Assembly (NCBI GenBank): GCA_031416315.1
Contig: JANOTL010000212.1
Coordinates: 1-25,688 of the forward strand
Direction of reading: 5' to 3'
DNA length: 25,688 nt
Source: Pseudomonadota bacterium
GTDB taxonomy: Bacteria; Bdellovibrionota_B; Oligoflexia; Oligoflexales; CAIYRB01
The notes beneath the pieces are model-generated. The model worked only from the letters and a program-made list of their open reading frames with translations, searched no databases and was not told the DNA's origin. The translations under genes were made by a program, and so were the position numbers. Positions 7,043 to 16,043 of this stretch are shown here, one piece after another (within the stretch, counting starts at the first letter, position 1; each line of letters begins with the position of its first letter).

Positions 7043-7782
7043 CGCATCCACCGAAGTCCGTAATAGATTCCAGACCCGATGTGCATCGAGAGCAATGCGT
7101 AGAAGATCACCGAGAGGATGATGTGGAGCTTGATGCCGCGCGAAAACCAGCGTTTGAAAAGCTCATGTGTGCGTACGGCGTACTCCAGATCCGCTACAGA
7201 CTCGGCGATGCGCGTAACCTCCCCGACCGCCCCCCCGTACGGGAGTTGTAGTCCGACGGAGGCTAAGGCCGCGGCGAAGAAGGGCGCGCTCGGAAGGCCT
7301 CGCCTAGCAGAAGGCGACGTTTCGAGCACTCCCCAAGCACTGTCGAGATCACCCCTAGCCGTTTCCAGCAAGAGCAACTTGTCCGCGATTTCACGGCGAA
7401 CGTAAGTGAGCAGATATCGGACGACGAAACCACTGACGACGACGAGGAGCATCGCAGCCGTCAATGCCACTCCGAGCCAGCTATCGTACTTGTGGCCGGT
7501 ATGAACGACGGCGAGCAGAGGACCAAAAATTCCAGCGTATATGTGGCCTGTAAGGAGTGATTGCATCGACACATGTCGCGCGAGTCTCTTTTGGACGAAC
7601 GGGATTCGCTTTGCGACCGGGTAAACGAGCGGCAAGAGCATGAGGATTGCCGCGGCAATCCCGATCGCTGATCCGGCTCCGCTGCCGGCAAAGCGTGGAG
7701 CGCGATGGACGAGGAACCCGAGCCAGCCGAGTAGCAAGACACTTAGGACACCCGTGACGACGACGCGTTCACGCTCTTTCAT
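7039..7782 (-). CDS. Cytochrome-b / ferric-reductase-like membrane protein
   Basis: About 5 TM helices with two His pairs in helices (GHIYAGIFGPLLAVVHTGH; LHIILSVIFYALLSMHI). Confidence 0.75.
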   Translation of the reverse strand: MKERERVVVTGVLSVLLLGWLGFLVHRAPRFAGSGAGSAIGIAAAILMLLPLVYPVAKRIPFVQKRLARHVSMQSLLTGHIYAGIFGPLLAVVHTGHKYDSWLGVALTAAMLLVVVSGFVVRYLLTYVRREIADKLLLLETARGDLDSAWGVLETSPSARRGLPSAPFFAAALASVGLQLPYGGAVGEVTRIAESVADLEYAVRTHELFKRWFSRGIKLHIILSVIFYALLSMHIGSGIYYGLRWMR

Positions 7783-7784
7783 GG

Positions 7785-9743
7785 CTACGCCTCGACCGCA
7801 ATGGCCGTCTTGGGCTTGGCCTGGCAGGCGAGAATGATGCCGTTGGCCTTGTCAGCAGCATCGAGCGCCTCTTCGACGGCCATTTCCACCTCACCGGAGC
7901 TCATCCTCACTTTGCACAATCCGCAGGTGCCGACGCGGCAAGAAAACTCGATGCCGAAGCCGAGCTCCTCGGAAAGCTCGAGTACCGTTTGACCCTCGCG
8001 GATGTTCGTAGATTTGTTGCTCTTCAGGAACGTGACCAGCGGACCCGTCGCTGGTGCGGGCGGATCGACCGTGGTACCAGCCGGGGCGGGCATCGGTCTA
8101 ACAGCCCCAAATGCCTCGGTTTTAACCTGTGCCGACGGTACACCAGATTCCGTAAGCAGGGCCTTCGTTGCGTCCATCATCGCCGGTGGGCCACACAGAT
8201 GAATTCGCCGAGATGCCAAGTTCGGGACAGCCTTCCTCAGCAAGTCCGCCGTCAGCCGCCCGCGCGGACCCTTCCATTCAGTGCCTTCGGTGCGCGACAT
8301 CGTGACTGTGACGTGCAGCTTTGAGTTGATGCGCTGAAGCTCTGCAACATGCTTTGCAAAGATGTAGTCGATCGGAGCACGACACGCGTAAATGAAGAAG
8401 ACCTCGCCGGCCCAAGACTTCTCTGTAAGGTTGCGAGCGATGCTCATCATCGGCGTGATGCCGACACCGCCTGCGATGAGGACGATGCTGTCCGATTCAG
8501 TGCCGTCAAACGTAAAGCGGCCCACGGGACCGCTGGCCTCGATTTCGTCGCCGACCTCGAGTAGATCAACCATATGCCGTGACACCGCGCCCCGCGGCTC
8601 CCGACGAACGGTCAGCTCCACGTATTGCCGCGCAGTCGGAGAGGACGAAAGCGAATAGGAGCGATTCATTCTCGCGCCGCCGATTGCGAAGGCGACGTTG
8701 AGAAATTGTCCCGGCACGAACGTGAATGGCACCATCGCGTCACCTGATATTGGCACGAGGCGGAACGTCTTGACGCTGGGGGTTTCCGTGACGACCGAAG
8801 AAATGCGCAGTCTTCCTTGCCATTTCTCCTTTGCCGGCACCGCCGCCGTGGAGCCGGCTACGATCCCAGGGGACGAGCTTTGGAGTGACGCCTTGGGCCT
8901 AGGCGCCGGCGTCGGCGATCCAGGCGGTGGTCCTTCGGTATCCGGTTCGATACGACCAAAGAGCGCAGCCGCACGACGCATCTTGAAAAAATACATAACG
9001 ACCATCGCTACCGCGAACGCGACGAGCAGCACCATGGCGAACAGGTGAAACGTCGCCTCACTGCGCGTCGGTCGTAGACTTCCGGCACTGATCGGGGACG
9101 CAAGATTCATCTCTCGTTTGAACCAGTCGAGGGCAAGATTTCGCGGCGCTTTGCCTTCCGCTAGAACCCGCCGAGCCGCGATCCCTGCTCCAAGCACGGC
9201 GAGGCCCTCGCGCATAATGCCAACGGAGATCTCCATGGCCGAGTGGTCGCCTGCTTGCGTCGCTCGGTCGAGCGCTTGGGATCCGGTCGCGAGGCGCCCC
9301 ATACCCTCGCGGATTTGTTGACTCGCGAGCTCGTCGATCTCAGCGTGCCTTTCGGGCGTGAGCGCTGGAAGCGTCATCAGCGTCGCGTAGATCGGGGTCC
9401 TCCCGGCAGCCGGCGGCCCCATCATTCCAGCCATCATTCCGGCCATCATGCCAGCCATTCCGGCTGCCGCTGGCGCTCCCGGCATGGCGGCGCCGACCAT
9501 TCCCGGAGATGCGGGGACCGTCGACGACGTCATGCCGGCCATAGGCTGGCCATCGGATTGGGCCGCGGCCGCGCTTTGAGGCGGGGCAGCGGTCGTCCCC
9601 GCTGCGGGAGTTCCGGTCGGCGCACTCGCACCAGGGTGATGGCTAGCGTGCTCATCTGCCGTTTGCGCGCCAACAGATTGCGTGATGAGCGCGAGTGCGA
9701 GTGCGAGTGCGAGCGCGACGCCGCTGATGTGCGCGTTCGCCAT
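7785..9743 (-). CDS. Membrane-anchored FAD/NAD(P)H oxidoreductase with C-terminal [2Fe-2S] domain and exported Met/His-rich N-terminus
   Basis: Signal peptide, DEHASHHP, AGMM repeats, a TM helix followed by KMRR, then PGQF, RSYSLSS, GGVGITP, CGP, and CRVGTCGLC...LACQ. Confidence 0.9.
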   Translation of the reverse strand: MANAHISGVALALALALALITQSVGAQTADEHASHHPGASAPTGTPAAGTTAAPPQSAAAAQSDGQPMAGMTSSTVPASPGMVGAAMPGAPAAAGMAGMMAGMMAGMMGPPAAGRTPIYATLMTLPALTPERHAEIDELASQQIREGMGRLATGSQALDRATQAGDHSAMEISVGIMREGLAVLGAGIAARRVLAEGKAPRNLALDWFKREMNLASPISAGSLRPTRSEATFHLFAMVLLVAFAVAMVVMYFFKMRRAAALFGRIEPDTEGPPPGSPTPAPRPKASLQSSSPGIVAGSTAAVPAKEKWQGRLRISSVVTETPSVKTFRLVPISGDAMVPFTFVPGQFLNVAFAIGGARMNRSYSLSSSPTARQYVELTVRREPRGAVSRHMVDLLEVGDEIEASGPVGRFTFDGTESDSIVLIAGGVGITPMMSIARNLTEKSWAGEVFFIYACRAPIDYIFAKHVAELQRINSKLHVTVTMSRTEGTEWKGPRGRLTADLLRKAVPNLASRRIHLCGPPAMMDATKALLTESGVPSAQVKTEAFGAVRPMPAPAGTTVDPPAPATGPLVTFLKSNKSTNIREGQTVLELSEELGFGIEFSCRVGTCGLCKVRMSSGEVEMAVEEALDAADKANGIILACQAKPKTAIAVEA

Positions 9744-9751
9744 GACTTTCC

Positions 9752-10549
9752 TCAGTGCGAAAGAAAGACCTGTCGCTGATCGGCGCTCAGAACTTTCCCC
9801 GCTCGACCGACTGATTTGATGAAATCGAGTCGTTGATCGGTCCGAAGCTTCTCGATTTCCTTGACCTTGTTCGCGATGCCTTTTTCGTTCGGAGCATCCG
9901 CCCCGGTCAACGAAAACAGCTGCTGCTCCGATTGAACGATCTTTGTCTGCAGCTCGCTCGTTCTCGCGAGCGATAGACGCTTGATTTCGGTCAGGTCCGT
10001 CGTTTGCTTGCTCGTCAGGTTGAGTTTGCCCGCTTGATCGAGAAAGAAGTCGATCGATCCAACGTGGTAGAGTCGGGTCGCATCCGGTGCGCCGACCGTG
10101 GTCGGCTGCGCCGCCCCGCCCATCGGCGGGGAAGCGTCGACTTGGTTGCCGCGATTCTGCATGCCCCCCATTTTACCGTTTGGATCCGCCATTCCTTGCC
10201 CCGCGCCCATCTGGCCTGCGCCGGCGGCTGGCGCCATTCCCATCATCCCCATCATCCCCATCATCTGATTTTGCATCGCTGGTGGCATCATGCCCATGCC
10301 CATTCCCTGACCCTGCGCCCCAGACCCTACGCCCGGCTGCGTCGTCTGCATGTTTGGCATGTTCTGACTGGGTTGTTGCGGACTGGTAGTTGACTGCGGA
10401 GCTGTCGCCGCCGGCATCTGACCCATGGGCATTTGCATCATGTCATCCTCCGCGTGAGCTAGGGACGGTCCGACAACGATGCCGATGATGACGCCGAGTG
10501 ACCTCAATGCGAGACCGGTGCTACGGTTCCGATGAATCTGATTGAACAT
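9752..10549 (-). CDS. Periplasmic Met-rich Spy/CpxP-like heavy-metal-binding protein
   Basis: GGAG RBS before the ATG at 10549; signal peptide ending AHA; long Met/Gly/Gln region; helical C-terminal domain with LNLTSKQ...LSADQR motifs. Confidence 0.75.
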   Translation of the reverse strand: MFNQIHRNRSTGLALRSLGVIIGIVVGPSLAHAEDDMMQMPMGQMPAATAPQSTTSPQQPSQNMPNMQTTQPGVGSGAQGQGMGMGMMPPAMQNQMMGMMGMMGMAPAAGAGQMGAGQGMADPNGKMGGMQNRGNQVDASPPMGGAAQPTTVGAPDATRLYHVGSIDFFLDQAGKLNLTSKQTTDLTEIKRLSLARTSELQTKIVQSEQQLFSLTGADAPNEKGIANKVKEIEKLRTDQRLDFIKSVGRAGKVLSADQRQVFLSH

Positions 10550-10611
10550 GAGCTTTCTCCACTCGAGACAAGGTAAAAATTGACGCGGACGCGAAGTGCG
10601 AACGCGCGGTA

Positions 10612-12339
10612 TCAATGACCGGTGGCGGCTGGCTGGGAGTCATTCAAAACGGTGAAGCCCATTGCCATACCGGCAGAAAGGTGCTCGGCGATGTGGCAGT
10701 GAGCTAACCAACGCCCTACGTTCGAGAGCTCCAGAACGATGTCGACCTTGTCGCCTTCGGGGACGAGGACCGTGTCCTTCCACACGAGGTTGCGAACTGG
10801 TACGCCGTTGACCGCCGCGATGACGAAGCGCTGGCCGTGAAAGTGAATTGGGTGCTGCATCGGATGATCGGACTTCGGATCGTTGAAGAGCCGAACCTTG
10901 ACGAAGTCGCCCTTTTTGAAGGTCCACTTGATGTCCATGTTTTCGAGCTTGGTGGCGTCGTCGACGAGCTTCCAGACGACGTTTTTGTCGTCACTTGCGG
11001 CATTCATCGACGCCATTCCGTCTTCCCATTCGATGCCGCCCTCCTTAGCCCGCTCGACGGTCGTATCCGGGCCTGAGCCTTTGATGGACGGCGCCATGGG
11101 CATCGAGGCTTGGGTCGTAGAAACGTCGAGCCGAAGCTCGTGGGTTACAGCAATACCGAGCTTTGGCTTGACGTCTCTGAACGCGGCGGCCGTCGCGTCT
11201 GGGGAGCGTAGGGTCTCGAACGGATTTGGTAATTTTCTGGCCGCGCCCGCGCGCACTTCGATCTTACCGAGTCGTGTCGGCGAGCCGACGGGTTTTTGGT
11301 TGACGATCTCGAAGGTGCCTCGTTCTGCGAACTGCACCTCAACGATGACGCGTTCCGATGGTCCGATCGTGACGGATTCTACCCAGGTTTCGTGCTCATA
11401 GAGCCCGTTGTCGCCGCCGACGAGCTTCAGGCGCAGTCCGGGAATGTGGAACGCGAACGTGCGGGTGTTCGCCACATTCGTCAAAAAGAGGCGAACCACT
11501 TCACCTTGCGTCGCCGAGAGCGTGAAGTCCGTAGCTCCATTGATCAGCATGCTGTTGCCGAACCGACCCGTCAGTGTATGGGTCGACCGCTCGCGAAAGT
11601 ATGGTTCCGCCGCAGGGCCGCTCTGAACATCGTCGAGGAGGAGGGGGACTTCCCGGTGCACCGCGTTGTAAAAGTTTTTGTCGGTCGGTTCGACCCAAAA
11701 ATTGCCGTAGAGCCCCGCGTCCTGCGTATAGTCCTCGTGGACGTGAGCGTGATACCAGAAGATCCCGGCATCGGGGAAGGCCAGCGCGTATTCGTGCGAG
11801 CGCCCCGGCTCGATCGCCGCCTGCCCGATGCCGACGACGCCGTCGTTTTTCTCGTCGATCCTGAGACCGTGCGGATGAAGTGTGGTCTCGACGTCCATTT
11901 TGTTGGCAATGACGAGACGAATCTTCGCGCCTTGTTTGACTTTGATGATGGGACCGGGAATCGAGCCGTTGTAGGCAAGGCGCCGGATCCAAGTGCCGTC
12001 GACTTTTTGCCGTGCAGGCGCGGCGGTAAGGGTGATGAGCGCCCCGTCTGCGACCTCAACGATCTCCATCGCCCGCGCTTCCGGAAGTCCCGTCGGACTG
12101 TCTGAGAATTTTTCCGATTCAGAAGCAGTGCTTGGCATAGGCGCCATTTTTTCTGGCAAAGCATGCGGTGTATCGCTAGCTCCCATCATGCGCAGACCAT
12201 CCGGCACCTCGCCGGCGACGGCGGGGGCGGGATCAGGAGGCATGACCATGGCGGCTTGGCTGAACGCAGCAGTGGGAGCCGTGGAGAGACTGAGAAGGCT
12301 CAAGGCCAGTATCTTGAATTTGATGATTTGGGTGCGCAT
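10612..12339 (-). CDS. Multicopper oxidase (CueO/CopA-MCO-like)
   Basis: All four Cu motifs: HPHG, WYHAH, HPIHFHG, HCHIAEHLSAGM; signal peptide; GAGGG RBS before the ATG at 12339. Confidence 0.95.
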   Translation of the reverse strand: MRTQIIKFKILALSLLSLSTAPTAAFSQAAMVMPPDPAPAVAGEVPDGLRMMGASDTPHALPEKMAPMPSTASESEKFSDSPTGLPEARAMEIVEVADGALITLTAAPARQKVDGTWIRRLAYNGSIPGPIIKVKQGAKIRLVIANKMDVETTLHPHGLRIDEKNDGVVGIGQAAIEPGRSHEYALAFPDAGIFWYHAHVHEDYTQDAGLYGNFWVEPTDKNFYNAVHREVPLLLDDVQSGPAAEPYFRERSTHTLTGRFGNSMLINGATDFTLSATQGEVVRLFLTNVANTRTFAFHIPGLRLKLVGGDNGLYEHETWVESVTIGPSERVIVEVQFAERGTFEIVNQKPVGSPTRLGKIEVRAGAARKLPNPFETLRSPDATAAAFRDVKPKLGIAVTHELRLDVSTTQASMPMAPSIKGSGPDTTVERAKEGGIEWEDGMASMNAASDDKNVVWKLVDDATKLENMDIKWTFKKGDFVKVRLFNDPKSDHPMQHPIHFHGQRFVIAAVNGVPVRNLVWKDTVLVPEGDKVDIVLELSNVGRWLAHCHIAEHLSAGMAMGFTVLNDSQPAATGH

Positions 12340-12403
12340 CGTGCCCTCGAATTCGGAATCTGGTGCTACGGACATTCCCTCCAACGCAAGAATGGGTCCA
12401 AGC

Positions 12404-14773
12404 CTAGGTCGCTCGCCGCAACCGAAGGGCGTTGCCGATGACTGAGACCGAACTGAGGCTCATGGCCAGCGCGGCGATCATCGGGCTCAGCAAGATCCCG
12501 AAAGCCGGAAATAGGACTCCGGCCGCGACCGGTATTCCGAGCACGTTGTATCCAAATGCGAAGAATAGGTTCTGCTTAATGTTTGCCATCGTCTGACGGC
12601 TTATGCGTCGCGCGCGCACGATTCCGAGCAGGTCGCCCTTGACTAAGGTCACGCCAGCGCTCTGCATGGCGACGTCAGTCCCAGTCCCCATCGCGATGCC
12701 GACTTGTGCCTGGGCGAGAGCCGGAGCATCGTTGATCCCGTCTCCAGCCATCGCGACGAATCGCCCTTGGGCTTGCAGGTTCTTGATGGCGTCGACTTTT
12801 TGGTCGGGAAGGACCTCGGCGATCACGTCGTCCAGAGCTAGCGCTTTCGCGACGGCTAGCGCGGTCGTGCGGCTGTCACCGGTCAACATCACGATCCGAA
12901 GACCTTCGGCGCGAAGGGCGTGGAGAGCCTCTCGGGCGGTCTCCTTGATCGGATCCGCGACGGTCACGATGCCGGCGAGGCTGCCTCCGACTGCGACAAA
13001 CATCGCGGTTTGCCCCTCAGCACGCGCCGATTCGGCTGCCTCTGCGAGAGCGTCGGTGCTGACGCCATGATCGTCCAAAAGCCGCTGGTTCCCGAGGAGG
13101 ACCACGCGGCCGCCGACGGTTCCTTTGACGCCTTTGCCGGTGAGAGACTCGAAGTCCGCGGCGACAAGATCCGATAGTCCATCGGCACTTGCGCCGTCCA
13201 CAATCGCAGCGGCGAGCGGATGCTCGCTGCCGCGTTCTAGGCTCGCGGCGAGCTGAAGAATCTCGTTTCGGTCCTTACCTGGGGCTGGAACGACCGCTGC
13301 GAGGCGAGGTTTCCCAAGTGTCAGGGTGCCCGTTTTGTCGACGACGAGCGTGTCGACCTTGCGTAGCGTCTCGATCGCCTCGGCATTTTTGAATAGGACG
13401 CCATGGGTCGCGGCCTTGCCCGTCGCCACCATAATCGACATCGGCGTGGCAAGGCCGAGCGCGCAGGGACACGCGATAATAAGTACCGCGACTGCGTTGA
13501 TCAAACCGTAAGCCATCGCAGGCTCAGGGCCCAAAGTCGCCCAGACGACGAATGTGGCAAGGGACACGATCACTACGGCTGGGACGAAGTAACCTGACAC
13601 GAGATCGGCAAGCTTTTGGATCGGCGCACGGCTTCGCTGTGCCTCACCGACCATGCGAACAATCTGCGAAAGGAGTGTATCGGCTCCAATTCGTTCCGCC
13701 CGCATCAGGAACCCACCGGTTCCATTGACGGTCGCACCGATGACCTTTTCACCGGCGACCTTCTCGATCGGAATCGGCTCACCCGTGATCATCGACTCAT
13801 CGATCGCACTTTTCCCTTCGAGGACGACGCCGTCGGTCGGAACCTTTTCGCCCGGCCGCACGCGGAGTCGATCGCCGATCGCGATGTTTTCGAGCGCAAC
13901 GTCTTCTTCGCGCCCGTCCGACGAGACGCGCCGGGCGCTTTTCGCAGACAGCCCGAGCAAGGCTTTGATCGCGGATCCCGTTTGACGACGGGCGCGGAGC
14001 TCCATGACTTGACCGAGAAGAACGAGCGTCACGATCGCCGCAGCGGCTTCGAAGTAGACGCCAACGAGCCCCATCGGATCATGAAAGGAGAGCGGGAAGA
14101 GGCTCGGAGCGATCGTTGCAACCAGGCTGTACGCATACGCAACGCCGACGCCAAGGCCAATGAGCGTGAACATATTGAGGTGGCGGCTCAAAAGTGACTG
14201 CCAGGCGCGCACGAAGAACGGCCAGCCTGCCCAAAGGATCACGGGCGTCGAAAGCGCGAGCTCGCCCCATTGCATGATGCGTCCACCCGAAGCGCCTACT
14301 TCGAAGCCAGGGAACGAATGGGACATCGCCATTGCGATCACGATGACTGAAAGGGGAACGCTCATCCAAAATCGATGCGTCATGCTCCGAAGCTCGTCGT
14401 CCTCCGCTTGGCCGTTCGTGGGTTCCATCGGCTCCAGGGACATACCGCAGATCGGGCAATTTCCGGGAGCGTTGCGGATGATTTCCGGATGCATGGGGCA
14501 GGTATACCTAGCGTCGACTGCTGCCGGCTTAGGCAACGGGACGCCGTTCTGAACGACCTCGGACGCCTTCAAGAAGCTAGCTGGGGCCTTGTCGAACTTT
14601 TGGCGGCAGCTGGCACTGCAGAACCGATACTCATGACTCAGGTAGGTCGATTGGTGGGTCGAATCGGGGCTGACTTTCATTCCACAAACAGGATCGATGA
14701 GAGGGGCATGCGCGCCCGCGACGCCGAGTGAAGGCCCTCTTTCGGAATGATCGTTTGATGGGTCTTCGAGCAT
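12404..14773 (-). CDS. copA: Cu(I)/Ag(I)-translocating P1B-1 ATPase with YHS-like and YTCPMHP metal-binding domains
   Basis: DPVCGM...FCSASC, YTCPMHP...[47 protein letters not shown]. Confidence 0.96.
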   Translation of the reverse strand: MLEDPSNDHSERGPSLGVAGAHAPLIDPVCGMKVSPDSTHQSTYLSHEYRFCSASCRQKFDKAPASFLKASEVVQNGVPLPKPAAVDARYTCPMHPEIIRNAPGNCPICGMSLEPMEPTNGQAEDDELRSMTHRFWMSVPLSVIVIAMAMSHSFPGFEVGASGGRIMQWGELALSTPVILWAGWPFFVRAWQSLLSRHLNMFTLIGLGVGVAYAYSLVATIAPSLFPLSFHDPMGLVGVYFEAAAAIVTLVLLGQVMELRARRQTGSAIKALLGLSAKSARRVSSDGREEDVALENIAIGDRLRVRPGEKVPTDGVVLEGKSAIDESMITGEPIPIEKVAGEKVIGATVNGTGGFLMRAERIGADTLLSQIVRMVGEAQRSRAPIQKLADLVSGYFVPAVVIVSLATFVVWATLGPEPAMAYGLINAVAVLIIACPCALGLATPMSIMVATGKAATHGVLFKNAEAIETLRKVDTLVVDKTGTLTLGKPRLAAVVPAPGKDRNEILQLAASLERGSEHPLAAAIVDGASADGLSDLVAADFESLTGKGVKGTVGGRVVLLGNQRLLDDHGVSTDALAEAAESARAEGQTAMFVAVGGSLAGIVTVADPIKETAREALHALRAEGLRIVMLTGDSRTTALAVAKALALDDVIAEVLPDQKVDAIKNLQAQGRFVAMAGDGINDAPALAQAQVGIAMGTGTDVAMQSAGVTLVKGDLLGIVRARRISRQTMANIKQNLFFAFGYNVLGIPVAAGVLFPAFGILLSPMIAALAMSLSSVSVIGNALRLRRAT

Positions 14774-14799
14774 GAGAAGGCTCCTCTTTGCGATCTAGC

Positions 14800-14815
14800 T
14801 GCAAAAGCAGATCCC
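14800..14815 (-). promoter_or_regulatory. Possible sigma-54 promoter for the copA operon
   Basis: GGGATCTGCTTTTGCA: GG-N10-GC, strong -12, weak -24. Confidence 0.35.
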
Positions 14816-14891
14816 GACAGCGCGTGTGTGTGTCTTCACGCAAGCCTTGGCGATCGGGTGCGAGAGGCGCGTGAGATGGCTCACCTTTGAG

Positions 14892-14907
14892 CGGCACGCG
14901 GCCTGCA
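14892..14907 (+). promoter_or_regulatory. Sigma-54 promoter motif for the gene divergent from copA
   Basis: CGGCACGCGGCCTGCA: GG-N10-GC, about 30 nt before the ATG. Confidence 0.5.
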
Positions 14908-14936
14908 TGTCGCTACTGTCGCGGGAGTGATGCTTG

Positions 14937-15395
14937 ATGAGCGATGCGAGAACGGTCGTGAGAGCGCATGGTTTTCCTTGGAGAGGTCTAGGCGCCGCAA
15001 CACTGCTCGCTTTCGCCCTGCATTTCGTGTGGGAAGTGATTCAATGTCGCCTTTTTTTCATACACTTGGAATTGCCTCCGACCTGGGGCGCGATGCTTTT
15101 CGCAACTGTCGGTGACGTAGCAATGACGCTCTTCGCCTATTGCGTGGTCGCGGTTGGAGCGAGGGACGCGCGTTGGTTTCTGCGGCGACCGTGGCGACTG
15201 TCCGCGGTAACCTTGCTCGAGCTCTCCGCGGCCGTACTTGCAGTCGCGGTCGAGCGAATGGGCCTTGATATGGGTCGATGGTCTTACAGAGCGGGTGCGC
15301 CGATGCTACCGATGGTTGGCATCTCGCTCATTCCGGTCGCGCAGTTGATGCTGCTGTTTCCGGCCACGTTCGGCGGAGGACGTGCCTTTCGTTGA
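14937..15395 (+). CDS. Hypothetical membrane protein (about 4 TM) divergent from copA
   Basis: Hydrophobic ORF with FALHFVWE, ATVGD, VE...GRWSY...P motifs; GGGAG RBS. Confidence 0.75.
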   Translation: MSDARTVVRAHGFPWRGLGAATLLAFALHFVWEVIQCRLFFIHLELPPTWGAMLFATVGDVAMTLFAYCVVAVGARDARWFLRRPWRLSAVTLLELSAAVLAVAVERMGLDMGRWSYRAGAPMLPMVGISLIPVAQLMLLFPATFGGGRAFR

Positions 15396-15486
15396 AATCG
15401 AGCCGGCAAAGCTCAAAACCTTGTTCAAGGTCGCAGCTCGATCCACTGGCACTGCCGGCTAACGGATAGAATCCTTCGAGGCAGTC

Positions 15487-15711
15487 TTGAGCACCGGACG
15501 CAATGATCCGTGCCCGTGCGGCAGCGGTCAGAAGTACAAGAAGTGTTGTCTTGCGCGATCGACCGCAGCGCAGGCAGAAGATTTCGAATATCACCGCCTT
15601 CGTGAAATCGAAGCTCGAATGATTCCGAAGCTCATGCGGCACGCCCGGAAGCCTCGAAATTCCTCCATCAGGGCGAGATCGTCTACGCCGCGACCACGCC
15701 TCCCATTCTAG
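15487..15711 (+). pseudogene. SEC-C motif protein, probably truncated
   Basis: [18 protein letters not shown] at the N-terminus; the ORF ends after 74 aa next to the att-like region. Confidence 0.6.
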
Positions 15712-15812
15712 GCCGTGTCATGAACATCGGCATGGCACACTAGGAACGCAGACGTTACCACTAATGAATCTAAGTTTAGGACTCGTTACTAGCCGGCGAG
15801 CCCTGCGAGAAA

Positions 15813-15980
15813 GGTCCACCACCGGTCCACTACCCCACGAAATCCCCCGAAATTCCCGAACTCGTCCGCAAGCGCAAACCGCGCGTATAAACCGCCAAAT
15901 CCACGCAAATGCATATAACAATTTGCTTTTATTGATGAAATCATCACACGAAGACCGGCGGTTCAAATCTGTTGGTCATC
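15813..15980 (+). mobile_element. Putative decayed attachment site (island boundary)
   Basis: Tandem GGTCCACCACC/GGTCCACTACC, about 10-bp phased CCCGAAAT-like repeats, an IHF-like box, and a tRNA T-arm-like GGCGGTTCAAATCTGTT. Confidence 0.5.
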
Positions 15981-16043
15981 TGGAGGGGTGAAAAAACACA
16001 CTTTGTTGTCCCTCCTCTCTATTGCAAGGCCTAGACTCGCCAA

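Noticed and set aside
9421..9465. 12-nt repeats as CRISPR or DNA-level repeat
   Set aside because: They encode the AGMM protein repeats; there are no spacers or cas genes.
9691..9718. (GCGAGT)n repeat as a phase-variation tract
   Set aside because: The hexamer unit keeps frame and simply encodes the Leu-Ala run of the signal peptide.
15487..15711. secA
   Set aside because: Only the SEC-C motif is present, at the N-terminus, with no ATPase domains.
15708..15725. CTAGGCCGTGTCATGAAC as an IS5-like end
   Set aside because: No partner inverted repeat or transposase was found; too short to support.
15940..15985. Intact tRNA gene
   Set aside because: Only a T-arm-like piece with several G-T pairs; no D arm or acceptor stem.
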